Assembly (NCBI GenBank): GCA_016839555.1
Contig: JAEOUA010000005.1
Location: forward strand, 64,001 to 128,000
DNA length: 64,000 bases
Reading direction: 5' to 3'
Source: Promethearchaeota archaeon
Lineage (GTDB): Archaea > Asgardarchaeota > Lokiarchaeia > Sigyniarchaeales > SOKP01
The notes under the pieces were generated by a model. It made no database searches. It saw nothing but the letters and a program-made list of their open reading frames with translations, and was not told the origin of the DNA. Position numbers and translations under genes: made by a program. Numbering within the stretch: position 1 is the stretch's first letter; every line of letters starts with the position of its first letter. Below are positions 48,013-58,602 of the stretch, piece after piece.

Positions 48013-48213
48013 ATCGGAATAGGTTTCAGAAGTTTCCGAACAGAATTGGGTTTAAGTCCCTGCGTCCGGAATAATTTGGCTCTATTGGGTTTTATCAATT
48101 CCAAGAATATAGAAAAAGATTATACGAGTTTAAGAGTGAGAGCAGTATTTAGACCCATGGATCAACGTGAAGGTACCTTAAAGGATATTATACACTGGGA
48201 AATAATATCCTAA
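48013..48213 (+). pseudogene. C-terminal remnant of a second DUF35/OB-fold gene
   Basis: Open frame ...LALLGFINSKNIEKDYTSLRVRAVFRPMDQREGTLKDIIHWEIIS* resembles DUF35 C-termini; Zn-ribbon half absent. Confidence 0.5.
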
Positions 48214-48461
48214 ATAATAATTTAAACTAATTTTTTATTTTTTTCTATAATTTTTGTATGGATTTCTATTAGTAAAACCATTCGATTAATCTAAAAAAGA
48301 ATATATTTGTCTATTTTATGGTGGATTAATGATTTTGCATGAAAAACCTTTCTCTTTTTATTTAATTTCAACTTTTTTTGAAAAATACTGCAACCTTTAA
48401 AAATAAGTATAACATAGTTATTAATTAAAACAATAAATTGAATTTATAAAAGTGATAATTT

Positions 48462-50165
48462 ATGAGTCAAGAGAGATTTTGGACGAAGTCTTATGATTCT
48501 CATGTTCCTAAGACCCTCGATTATCCAAAGGATGATTTAGGTACCATTTTAAGTAGATCTATGAAAAAATTTGGTGATAGAGTTGGTTTTTACTTCATGG
48601 ATTATGAAATTCTTTTTAAAGATGTACTTAAAAACTCTCAAATATTTGCCACCTTTTTGCAAAAACATGGCTTGAAGAAGGGGGATGTCGTTGCTATCAA
48701 TATTCCTAATACTCCGCAATATCTATTTGCTCTGTATGGCACGCTCATTGCAGGGGGAACATCCACGGGATTATCTCCTCTTTTAAGTCCTGTAGAAATG
48801 GCCTATCAATTAAATGATTGTAAGGCAAAATTTGTGGTGACGATGGATATTCTCTATGAAAAGGTTTTTTCAAAGTTTTTAGATAAAGTGCCTAGTCTAA
48901 AAGTCATAGTTCCCACAAACATATCGGAATACATGGGATTCTCAGGCTTTAAAGTTTTTATGGGAAAGTTAATCGGGAAAATTCCTAAGGGAAAAATGGG
49001 ACCGTGGCCCGGCAAAACGGTGGTGCCCTTTTTAGAGGCAATGGAAACTCCTATCGATGTAAAGAAGGTAAAAATCGATGCTGAAAAAGATTTAGCTCTT
49101 ATCCAATATACGGGCGGAACTACTGGAAGACCTAAAGGCACAGAAATTACCCATTTTAATTTAGCCGCAAATATGCACCAGTTTTATGCATGGCTTGATA
49201 GGGTAGATGGAACCGATATTACACTCAGTGCCTTTCCGTATTTTCATATAGCAGGGCTATTTATTGCGTTATATTTAACCTTTATTGGCTCAACTCATGT
49301 AATAATTGCCAATCCCAGAGATACAGATCACATCATTAAGGAGATAGTCGACAAAAAAATCACGGTGTTTGGAAATGTGCCCACGCTATTTTTAATGGTT
49401 CAGAGAAATCCTAAATCAAAAGATATTCCCGATGAAACCCTAAATAACATCACATTATGGGTTAGTGGGGCGGCGCCATTCCCGGCAGAAGCAGTAAGAG
49501 ACTTTGAAAAGGAGTTCCATACGGAGAATAAGTTCGTAGAGGTTTATGGAATGACTGAATCGGCTGTCCTCGCGACAGTTAATCCTGCTAAGGGTGAGAA
49601 AAAGATTGGCAAAGTCGGTTTACCTCTGCCTGATACAGATGTGAAGATTGTAGATGTAGAAACCGGAGAAGAACTCCCAATTGGGCAACCAGGAGAAATA
49701 TTATTAAAAGGACCTCAAGTGACCAAACGCTATTATAACAAACCAGAAGCAACTGCTAAGACTTATATAGAAGGCTGGCTTCATACGGGAGATGTGGGTG
49801 TTTTTGATGAGGACGGCTATTTAACCATTGTAGATAGAACTAAGGATATGCTCAGCGTGAGTGGATTCAAAGTTTACTCTGTCCATGTTGAGGATGTATT
49901 AACTAAACATCCCGATATTCAACTTTGTGCCATAATTGGAGTTCCAAATCCTGATCGACCTGGAGCAGAAATCGTGAAAGCTATTATACAATTAAAAGAA
50001 GCAATTGAGCCTGATGATAAGACAAAAGCCTCTATTGAAAAATATGCTGAAGAAAATTTAGCAAAATATGAGATTCCAAAAATCTGGCAATTCTCAGAAG
50101 AGTTGCCAACTACCATGATCGGCAAAGTTTTAAAAAGAGCACTGCGAGAAGAAGAGAAGAAATAG
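48462..50165 (+). CDS. Long-chain-fatty-acid--CoA ligase
   Basis: QYTGGTTGRPKG, PYFH, YGMTE, WLHTGD, DRTKDM, GKVLKR. Confidence 0.92.
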   Translation: MSQERFWTKSYDSHVPKTLDYPKDDLGTILSRSMKKFGDRVGFYFMDYEILFKDVLKNSQIFATFLQKHGLKKGDVVAINIPNTPQYLFALYGTLIAGGTSTGLSPLLSPVEMAYQLNDCKAKFVVTMDILYEKVFSKFLDKVPSLKVIVPTNISEYMGFSGFKVFMGKLIGKIPKGKMGPWPGKTVVPFLEAMETPIDVKKVKIDAEKDLALIQYTGGTTGRPKGTEITHFNLAANMHQFYAWLDRVDGTDITLSAFPYFHIAGLFIALYLTFIGSTHVIIANPRDTDHIIKEIVDKKITVFGNVPTLFLMVQRNPKSKDIPDETLNNITLWVSGAAPFPAEAVRDFEKEFHTENKFVEVYGMTESAVLATVNPAKGEKKIGKVGLPLPDTDVKIVDVETGEELPIGQPGEILLKGPQVTKRYYNKPEATAKTYIEGWLHTGDVGVFDEDGYLTIVDRTKDMLSVSGFKVYSVHVEDVLTKHPDIQLCAIIGVPNPDRPGAEIVKAIIQLKEAIEPDDKTKASIEKYAEENLAKYEIPKIWQFSEELPTTMIGKVLKRALREEEKK

Positions 50166-50305
50166 TTTAAAAATCAATTTTTTTTAGTTTTCTTTTTATA
50201 AATTTCATTAAGATTTCAAATATTAATACTTAAAAAAAAACCTTATTTAGTTACTTTAAATATAAGCCTTATTAAGATTAACTTATAACCAAAAATTCTT
50301 TTAAT

Positions 50306-50467
50306 TTATTTATATATTTTTGTAGAAATCTGAACTCCTCGATTTTCTAATATTTTAATTGGTTGGAGATACTCCATAATTTTATTATAACTTAAATTAA
50401 TTTCTTCAAAAGAAATTATCTTGTTATAATTTTGGGAAACACTTCTAGAAGATTCATCATTGCTTCT
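50306..50467 (-). pseudogene. C-terminal remnant of a leucine-rich-repeat gene
   Basis: Frame with no start for its LRR part: ...FEEINLSYNKIMEYLQPIKILENRGVQISTKIYK* (LxxLxLxxN unit plus LExRGVxI cap). Confidence 0.5.
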
Positions 50468-50643
50468 TTATAAATAAGTAATTAATTCTAATTGAATGAT
50501 TTAACTTAATATTAATACTAATTAAATGATAAAATAATATTTATATTCTAAAAGGGATAAATGGATAGAAATTGACTGGTGTTTGATGATAAAACTCCAT
50601 GATATAATTAAAGTCGAATGATATATCTATTAGAAAAAACAAT

Positions 50644-52596
50644 TTAACAATTCCTAATAAGTGTAATTATTTTTTCTAATTTAGTAAGCCATTCCATATG
50701 GTTTTTTTCACTTATCTTTAGTTCTTGGGCAGTGGATTGTTTAAGAGTATTGAGTTTTGGCATGAATCTATCTAATAATTCATCAACCGTTTCAGTCTCA
50801 TTCTTACTAAAAAGTATTCTACCAAGATCTTCTAATAATTCGATTGAAGCTGTATAAATCGGATTATGCTTTTTATTTTCGGACATGAGTGAATTATCAA
50901 TAAAGTCACCTAAGAAACATATGCATAGTTTAAGATTTGTAATCTTTATATTTGGATCGCTAAGTTTATAAAACTCTCTTCCTTTTAAATTCACCTTTCC
51001 GATAATATTATATGGTTCTAAAAAATTAATTAATCCTTTTTGAACCTTTGTCATGTAATCATACACCAAAGGATTATCAGAATATTCATACATATCTGCA
51101 ACCGGTAAATTTAGAATCTCATAATAATAAAGAGCAAGATCCAGCACTTCATTATCTCCATAAATATAATATCCAATCGCATTAAAAAGGTGCCAATAAA
51201 GTTCCATAAATCTTTTGAATTTCTCATTTTCATCCTTTTTATTATTAAGAATAGTTACAAGAGTGCATAAATTCAATATAAATTCTTCTCCCACTTTAAA
51301 CAATAATAATTCTTTTTTTTGTTTAGCTTTAGAAGATCTAAATTCTGGTTTAAGTAATTTTTCATCTATCATGACATATGGCGAATATAATTTCATTTTT
51401 AAAAAGATATGATCGAGGAATTCTTTTATGCCAGTAAGATCAGATTCATTTATATTTAATTCATCAGCGCTCTTCTCTTTTAAATCAGAATACTTATATG
51501 CTAATGGCTGAATTTCTGGAGTAGTAATATTGGATAGAGTTTTAGTCTTATGCTTTGTATATAACCCTTTTCCAAGGAGATCAACAATTTCCATCATGAC
51601 TTGATATAAAGGATTTGTTTTTGAGACTTCCATGTTTTTAATCATTGCTCCTAATGAGTGCATTATTTCTTTTAACTCTTGTTTTGGAGTAGATAGTTCT
51701 TTAAAATCTATTGTTTTCTCCAAGGATTCCTTAACATCTCCTAAAGAATTAAATTCTTTTAGAAGATCATATAATTCCAGACATTTATTATTAATATAAT
51801 TCATTGAGGGGAGATATAAAACAGCTTCATCATTCTGTAATGTTATTTTAAATTTAATGTAATAGGGAAAAATATTCTTAATATTCTTATCACCTTCATC
51901 CCCATATATATAGAATCCAAGAGAATCTTTAAGATTATTAGCTAATTGCTCCAAATTATCAAGATTTTTCTGAATTTTTGCTCCTGGAAATCTTTCGTAC
52001 TCAAAATGAATTTGATAGATGAAATCGCAAACATTAAGGAATTGTTCTTTAAATCTTTCTATTTTACTCTCATCGTTAAAATCCTTGAGATCTTCAAATT
52101 TTTCTAACTGTGTTAATACACTTTTTTTATTTATTTGGGCAACTTGATTGGTTGGATCTTCTTTTAGAGCTTTATTGAAGCTATTAAGAGCTTCATTGAA
52201 CTTTTTTTCATTCATTAAAAGAACTCCTTCTAAAGTTAGGGCACCCACATGTTTTGGATCAATATTCAAACATTTCTTTACTATTTGTTTTGCCTCATCA
52301 AATTTAAATAGCTTTTTGAACATGAGAGCTTTATTATATAAGCTATTAATCTCTTCTGGTTTTAATTTCAATGCTTTTTCGATCCATTCGAGGGCCTCTT
52401 CATATTTTCCTTGCATGCCTTTTATTGAACCTATTATTGAATAAGGATTAAAATAATTAGGATCCAAATCTATTGATTTTTTCATTTCTATGAGGGCAGA
52501 GTCATGATTACCTGAAACTAAAAATTGCATTCCCTTTTTATAATGAATATCTGGAGGTTCATCTCCCTTATAATTATTAGATATTGAATTATTCAT
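50644..52596 (-). CDS. TPR protein with a tandemly duplicated ~248-aa unknown domain
   Basis: Four N-terminal TPRs; motifs GFYIYGD and GYYIYGD lie 744 nt apart with further matching blocks. Confidence 0.85.
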   Translation of the reverse strand: MNNSISNNYKGDEPPDIHYKKGMQFLVSGNHDSALIEMKKSIDLDPNYFNPYSIIGSIKGMQGKYEEALEWIEKALKLKPEEINSLYNKALMFKKLFKFDEAKQIVKKCLNIDPKHVGALTLEGVLLMNEKKFNEALNSFNKALKEDPTNQVAQINKKSVLTQLEKFEDLKDFNDESKIERFKEQFLNVCDFIYQIHFEYERFPGAKIQKNLDNLEQLANNLKDSLGFYIYGDEGDKNIKNIFPYYIKFKITLQNDEAVLYLPSMNYINNKCLELYDLLKEFNSLGDVKESLEKTIDFKELSTPKQELKEIMHSLGAMIKNMEVSKTNPLYQVMMEIVDLLGKGLYTKHKTKTLSNITTPEIQPLAYKYSDLKEKSADELNINESDLTGIKEFLDHIFLKMKLYSPYVMIDEKLLKPEFRSSKAKQKKELLLFKVGEEFILNLCTLVTILNNKKDENEKFKRFMELYWHLFNAIGYYIYGDNEVLDLALYYYEILNLPVADMYEYSDNPLVYDYMTKVQKGLINFLEPYNIIGKVNLKGREFYKLSDPNIKITNLKLCICFLGDFIDNSLMSENKKHNPIYTASIELLEDLGRILFSKNETETVDELLDRFMPKLNTLKQSTAQELKISEKNHMEWLTKLEKIITLIRNC

Positions 52597-53199
52597 TTTC
52601 TATGAATTATTTACTTTTTTATATTTATGATGATGACTTTTTATAGTCTGATTTCACATTAATACTTTTGGGATATCAAATTCATGCTCCGGTAATAAGA
52701 CAAGGTATAATAAACTGGGTTACACAATATATATATATAAATAAATAAGTTTTTTATAACGTTTTGTGCTTAATATAGAGAGATTTAAAGCATATTTGAG
52801 ACTAATGTCTTGTTTTGGTTTGCCAGGTTTAGAATATTGTGCATTTTATTAATCTTATACTGTCAGATTAACCTTCTAGGTAACCCATCGTATGTCTGTG
52901 GCTTATTTTCATTGAATATTATATATATCTCCACAATATATACTAGTAAATTAAAAAATATCATTTTTCTAGTATTTTAGCGTAAATTAAAGGTAGAGAT
53001 ACAAGATTCTCATAATTATGATCGATAAACTTTTTTATTAACCGATATATCTATAAGGGTTAAATATTTCCTATAACGAGTTCTTCATGAAGAAGAGCAA
53101 AAATAATAGAAAACCTATACTTTTTTATTTTTCTTATATTATTTATTTTAATTTGTAATCAAATCATTCTTATTCTTAAAAATTAGTGAAAATAATAAA

Positions 53200-54015
53200 A
53201 TGAGTATTGAAGACTTTGAAGATATCATTTATGAAAAGGAAGAGAATGGCATTTGCACAGCGATTATCTCTAAACCAGAAGCAAGAAACGCCGTGACCTA
53301 TATCAGTTTTATAGAAATCTATAAAGTATTAGAAGATATGGAAGCAGATAAGAACGCGAAAGTTCTCATCATTACTGGTGATCCTAAAGGAAATGCGTTT
53401 ACTTCTGGGGGTTATTTCAAGCCAGAAATGTTTAAAAAAATGAGGAAATATCCTGAAATTGATCTTATGGATATAGCTCAAAAAAAGTTAACGCTTAAGT
53501 TTTGGGATTTCGAAAAACCGGTCATCATGGCAATTAATGGGATGGCAATTGGTGGTGGACTTACTATGCCTTTATCATGTGGCGATTTAATCTATATGTC
53601 TGAGGATGCGTGGTTTGGTCCATATTTTGTTAAAAGGGGGATCATTCCAGAATTTTCAAGTTGTTTTCTATTACCATTCTATCTCGGGTTTCAAAAAGCG
53701 AAAGAAATCGTGTATTTTGGAAATAAAATAACAGCGCAAGAAGCATATGAGCTTGGATTAGTTAATAAAGTGCTTCCATCAGATGAATTGATTCCATTTG
53801 CAAGAGAACAAGCCTTAAACCTTATTCCCCCTAAAGCACCTTCTTTATCCATAAAACTAATGAAGAAAACCATGCATAGTTATTTTAGAGAAATCTTATC
53901 AAAAACACTCGATTTAGAAAATAGAGCACTAAGGAAAACCTTCGCGTCAAAAGACTTCAAGGAATCAATGCAGGCCCTCAAGGAAAAGAGAGATCCGTTC
54001 TTTATGGGGAAATAA
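53200..54015 (+). CDS. Crotonase-family protein, likely ECI2-type enoyl-CoA isomerase
   Basis: MAINGMAIGGG, F..RGIIPEFSS, ITAQEAYELGLVNKV; hydratase glutamates absent. Confidence 0.85.
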   Translation: MSIEDFEDIIYEKEENGICTAIISKPEARNAVTYISFIEIYKVLEDMEADKNAKVLIITGDPKGNAFTSGGYFKPEMFKKMRKYPEIDLMDIAQKKLTLKFWDFEKPVIMAINGMAIGGGLTMPLSCGDLIYMSEDAWFGPYFVKRGIIPEFSSCFLLPFYLGFQKAKEIVYFGNKITAQEAYELGLVNKVLPSDELIPFAREQALNLIPPKAPSLSIKLMKKTMHSYFREILSKTLDLENRALRKTFASKDFKESMQALKEKRDPFFMGK

Positions 54016-54244
54016 ATATATATTATGTATGTTCTAAATTGTTTATGTTTTTCTGCCAATTAGAAATAAAAAACTTGTTATTAATTAATAAATTTTCTGA
54101 TACTTACACTCAACAGGGTATAAATATTAAGGATCTCAGTATTCCTCAAAAAAATAAAACAAAAAATATTCTAAGAAAAGAAATTTTTAAATAAAAGATG
54201 ATAATTTTATTAATTAATCCAATTATGATTTTGAGGTTCTATCA

Positions 54245-55141
54245 GTGATTAGTAAAGGTATGAAAAGGGTTATAAAAATGTTAAGTAAGATGCAAAAAGA
54301 AGATATAAACAAAAGAATTGGAGAATCACGCGAAAGGTTAGAAAAATTAAGAGAATTAGTGAAATTACCTGATGACGTTAATATTGAAAATATCAATATA
54401 GAGGATATCCCCGCAGTGTGGCTAAGCCTCCCAAATTCTAATCGTGAAAATGTTATTCTGTATTTTCATGGAGGCGGTTATATTTCAGGCTCACTTAGAA
54501 CACATGATGACTTAGTTATGCGAATTTGTCGTGCATCTAAAGCCCGAGCATTAATTATTAATTATCGGCTAGCTCCTGAACATCCATATCCTGCAGCGCT
54601 AGAAGACTCTGTTAAAGCTTATAAATGGTTAATAGAAACGGAAAAAATTGCTCCTCAGAAAATAATAATCGCAGGAGATTCAAATGGAGGAGGGCTTACC
54701 ATATCAACTTTAATGAAAATAAGAGATTTAGGTATTAAACTTCCCGCAGCGGGCGTTTGTCTCTGTCCTCTGACGGACTCGGCTCTTACTGGAGAATCGA
54801 TGAAAACTAAAGCTCAAGTTGATGTGTTTTTTACCTTTTATGATTATGCATTAAGTGTGGAGTCATATGTAGGTGAAGATGATCCCAAAAATCCTTATAT
54901 ATCTCCATTATACGGGGATCTAAGCGGTTTACCCCCTCTATTAATACAAGTGGCAACTGCCGATCGGATAATGGATGATGGTATTAGAATCGCAAAAAAG
55001 GCGGAAAAAGCAGGCGTAGAAGTTTCACTTCAGGTTTGGGATGATATGATACATGTTTTTCAAGCATTTGCAGTGTGGGCACCAGAATCACAAGAAGCAA
55101 TAGAAGCTATCGGAGAATATATGTCTAAAAAATTTCTTTAA
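54245..55141 (+). CDS. HSL-family alpha/beta hydrolase (esterase/lipase)
   Basis: HGGGY, YRLAPEHPYPA, GDSNGG, SPL, MIHVF. Confidence 0.92.
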   Translation: MISKGMKRVIKMLSKMQKEDINKRIGESRERLEKLRELVKLPDDVNIENINIEDIPAVWLSLPNSNRENVILYFHGGGYISGSLRTHDDLVMRICRASKARALIINYRLAPEHPYPAALEDSVKAYKWLIETEKIAPQKIIIAGDSNGGGLTISTLMKIRDLGIKLPAAGVCLCPLTDSALTGESMKTKAQVDVFFTFYDYALSVESYVGEDDPKNPYISPLYGDLSGLPPLLIQVATADRIMDDGIRIAKKAEKAGVEVSLQVWDDMIHVFQAFAVWAPESQEAIEAIGEYMSKKFL

Positions 55142-55175
55142 AGAATAGAATCATTGCTTCTAATTTTTCTTTAAT

Positions 55176-55205
55176 ACATCCATCTTTTTAGATGGTGGGA
55201 GTAGG
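55176..55205. mobile_element. Possible decayed IS200/IS605-type end hairpin
   Basis: CCATCT-TTTT-AGATGG followed by TGGGAG; no tnpA/tnpB present. Confidence 0.25.
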
Positions 55206-55462
55206 AATTTGATCTTATGTTTTATACAAGGTATTAAAACAACACTAAAGTAATATACACAAATAAAAAACTAAGAAAATTTTAACAAGAATAAACAAAA
55301 ATATCATTTTTAGGCTAAAATCGAAACTTTTTTTTTGGATAAGGTAAGCCCGCCCCCCCCGTTAATTAATTAATATTAACAAAATCGTAATTTTAGACGA
55401 ATATATCTATTTTTATAGTCTGCTGATTATATATGATTAAAAAATAACAAGATAAGTATAAA

Positions 55463-55651
55463 TTGAAAGAATTTAAAATAAACAAATTTCTCTCTTTAAG
55501 ACGAAAAGATGATGAGACGCATATTTACGTCGCTGGGAAATGGTTTATGCAGTGCTCATTCGTGCCTCTTAATATCGAGAAACCAAATTTGGAACGATAT
55601 GCGGATGCGGAAAGCATCGATGAGATTATAGATAGATACAGCAGAACATGA
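55463..55651 (+). pseudogene. Truncated N-terminal domain of an Asgard-expanded LRR-associated family
   Basis: MKEFKINKFLSL...THIYV.G..F.QC...LNI......ESIDE pattern; stops after 62 aa. Confidence 0.6.
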
Positions 55652-56478
55652 AAAAAGCAAAGATATTCCCTTATTGTCTTTCGGGGAAATATACTTCTCT
55701 ACTTCTTTTGTGAACTCTTGCAATTCTTTAGGACCATTCAATTTTTTTTAATCTCTTTTTATGTTATTTACTATAAATTAGGATATATAAAGGAAAAATT
55801 AAATTGTAATATAAATGATATGATAAGTTACTTTTTCTTTAAATATATTGGTATAGATATATGTTTAATAGACTAGGTGATGTATAATAGGTTCCCAATA
55901 AAAGGGAAAGTTTTATATAGCATCATGTCTATTTGTTTAAAAGACAAATCAATTTTTATCGAAATAAGAAAAATAAATTTTTATCTAAACTAAAAAAATT
56001 ATTATAAAAACTATGAACTCATCTCATGAATCGAAGTTTGTTAAAAAATAGAATCCTTACTTAAATCCTTGGATTTTTGTCTTTTGGTGTTCTACGATAC
56101 GTATGTAGCGTAGAAATCTTCTTTAGTTCTCTTTGTAGTGTTTGGTTTTAAGTGGGGACCCCTATTTTTTTGCTTCTTCTTCCCATTTTTAATTATAAGA
56201 TTTCAAATTAAACCTATATATCTTTTTCTTTAAATAGAAAGATTAGTAATGCCCTATTTAAGATTTTCTTTCTAATTGAAAGAGGAATTCATTTTATTTG
56301 AATACATGTAAATTTGTCTTGAATAATGAAATGTATATAAAGTAATAAAGAATACTCTCTTAAAGATGGATTATGTTGAAACATCTATAAAATAACTATT
56401 TTAAATATTAAAAATATATCTCAGAATCTTAGATATTCTTTATATTATTATTTAGACGATATATGGGGTGATGATGAT

Positions 56479-56805
56479 TTGAACTATAAAGATCATTCAG
56501 TCTATCAATACGCAGATATAAATACTGCACTAGATGGATGTGGATATCGTAATGTGATATATGTGAAAGGTGAACATAATGGAAGTGTCTGGCAGGATTA
56601 TAGCGTATCTGCGTCATCAAGCAGCCCTGGTCGAAGCTCCTATAAAAATCCCGTAACTAATGACGAATATATTGTCTTTGTTTCTTTTCCCATTGGATCA
56701 TCTACATTTCAACAAAATCTAGCTCTCCCCTTCCTCGAAACCAATCTTCGCGATTTATCCAATTTCCTTGACCACCGGGTCTTACATAGATCTGCTTTCC
56801 TCTAA
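56479..56805 (+). CDS. Hypothetical protein or fragment
   Basis: GGTGA SD upstream; first ~73 aa protein-like; last third overlaps the convergent gene. Confidence 0.35.
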   Translation: MNYKDHSVYQYADINTALDGCGYRNVIYVKGEHNGSVWQDYSVSASSSSPGRSSYKNPVTNDEYIVFVSFPIGSSTFQQNLALPFLETNLRDLSNFLDHRVLHRSAFL

Positions 56806-57256
56806 ATTTAATATACTTAAAAGGACTATTTGGGTTTTCTCTTGCCACTATTTTTATTATTTTGGTGACAATTCCTATTAAAATTACGGAAAATACTATA
56901 GAGGCAATCACAATAGGAATCGGTGATTCAGTATATCTTGTAATTAATAAAGCCCCAATACCCAAGACCAAACCACAAATAACATTAAACACGATAGAGC
57001 CATCAGAAAATGTTAATGTAGAATGTTTTTTAGTCCAATTCTTAAATTCTCTCTCGCACTCTGCACATACAGGAACATTTACTGATTTTTTTGTAATTTT
57101 GTAACCAGAAGCCCAAAACCACCAAAATAGAATAATCAAAATAAAATAAAAACTCCATTCTGATTCGATATGTTGGAAATAGGTTGAGGAAAGTCGACCA
57201 CATTTTAGACATATAGGCGGTACAAAATCTTCTTGTTTAAAATTATAAAAACTCAT
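56702..57256 (-). CDS. Membrane protein with split Zn-ribbon
   Basis: CLKC ... PVCAEC and three hydrophobic segments. Confidence 0.75.
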   Translation of the reverse strand: MSFYNFKQEDFVPPICLKCGRLSSTYFQHIESEWSFYFILIILFWWFWASGYKITKKSVNVPVCAECEREFKNWTKKHSTLTFSDGSIVFNVICGLVLGIGALLITRYTESPIPIVIASIVFSVILIGIVTKIIKIVARENPNSPFKYIKFRGKQIYVRPGGQGNWINREDWFRGRGELDFVEM

Positions 57257-57307
57257 CTTTTTTATTCCTGTCTTATTTATAATGATATTATAAAATATAA
57301 TGTTATT

Positions 57308-57637
57308 TTATTTAAATATACCTTTTTTTCTGTGCCCTCCAGAGCCAGTAAAAATTACAATTCTTAAATGATCCACGTCTGCATTTGGATCGGGAAAGGT
57401 TTTTAATGGCCACGATGAGCATAAGGGAATGGGTCCAGCATGAAGTAATAATTGATAAGTAGTATTTGCTGTTAAATTCTGTGCATCAAAGCGCCAAAAA
57501 TATCCCCTAGTATCCATCTTTTCTCCATCGATTTCTTTCCCATCTATTCTTAATTGTGGATTAACTACGGGAATATCAAAGGAAGTCTTTATTATGAAGC
57601 GATTATGACTCGCAGAAGGGAGAATATGGGTCAGGAA
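57308..57637 (-). pseudogene. Internal fragment of an FN3-like/metallophosphoesterase-type protein
   Basis: Frame extends 40 codons upstream of the ATG at 57517 (LTHILPSASHNRFIIKTSF...) to an in-frame stop with no ATG/GTG/TTG start; NLTANTTYQL and KTFP...LRIVIFTGSGGH, then abrupt end. Confidence 0.55.
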
Positions 57638-57761
57638 TTATGAGATGCTGGTAAAATACGGCGAGGCGCTTACGGATGATAAAGTCATCCAATTGATACA
57701 GCAGTTAGAAAAGATTAATCCCCCTCCCGAAAAAAACCAGGTGAAAACCTTACGAATGTAA
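57636..57761 (+). pseudogene. Short C-terminal-like gene fragment
   Basis: NYEMLVKYGEALTDDKVIQLIQQLEKINPPPEKNQVKTLRM*; GC-richer than flanks; abuts the minus-strand fragment back-to-back with no promoter space. Confidence 0.4.
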
Positions 57762-57907
57762 GCGTGTTTTGCCAGAATAAATCTTCTCTCCTTTTTTCTT
57801 TTTTATACCTTTTTATTTAAATAACACCCTCTAATATATTAGTATAGAATAGAAAAATAAAGGTAAAAATAAAATTAATTAATCCTACAAACAAATTATT
57901 TTTTATA

Positions 57908-58351
57908 ATGTCGATAAAAGATCTTTTTGATGATATCAAAAGAGAGATGGATAGTTTAAAAATTTTACACGAGCTTTCTAAAGGAGATCCCATACCTTGG
58001 TTAGAATTATTAAACTACTCTAACTTGACTCCTCAAGAATTAAATGAATATTTGATGAAATGGAAAAAAGGAGGATTTATTTCAGAGCCAACAGAACATT
58101 CCATCCAAAAAACTTCTACATTTCACATTTTACACGAAAAAAAGCTAAGATCATTCCGCAGATTGCTTTGGGAAGCGCCAGAATTTTTTGGGCTGAACGA
58201 TACCAAGCGAAAATTTCTTAAACAAATATCGGAAAAATTACATTCAACCTCTTCAAATCTCCCACCGGATGTTATCCATAAAATTATGAGCAAAATTGAA
58301 GATATACTAGAGGATTCTTTTATATTCGAAAAAAAGGATGAGCCTGAATAA
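57908..58351 (+). CDS. Hypothetical protein with winged-helix-like N-terminal domain
   Basis: ILHEL...WLELLNYSNLTPQELNEYLMKWKKGGFI pattern. Confidence 0.6.
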   Translation: MSIKDLFDDIKREMDSLKILHELSKGDPIPWLELLNYSNLTPQELNEYLMKWKKGGFISEPTEHSIQKTSTFHILHEKKLRSFRRLLWEAPEFFGLNDTKRKFLKQISEKLHSTSSNLPPDVIHKIMSKIEDILEDSFIFEKKDEPE

Positions 58352-58602
58352 TTTCCTATAAAAACGAAATTTTTGGAGTATTCGTTCTCCTAACAAATCG
58401 CAAATCTTGTTCTGTTAATAGAATTGGTTTATCTTTATCTTTCAGACACCGACAATTATCAAGAATTACTAAAGTTTTGTAAGACTTCTAAAAAATTCTA
58501 TTATTAGTTCAATTTATTTTTTTTCTTTTACTTCTTAATTAATTTGAGAATATCTAAGAACATATCTTATAGCGATAAAATAAGATTAACTTTATATATT
58601 AT

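Noticed and set aside
52600-53190. Possible small ORFs or pseudogene in the long spacer
   Set aside because: Only short stop-interrupted frames with no recognisable similarity
55463-55760. Selenocysteine read-through of the TGA at 55649-55651
   Set aside because: The post-TGA translation does not continue the family pattern, the TGA is not in a redox-motif context and no SECIS was recognised
56084-56111. Hairpin TTCTACG..CGTAGAA
   Set aside because: Single short palindrome in decayed sequence with no second copy seen; function cannot be supported
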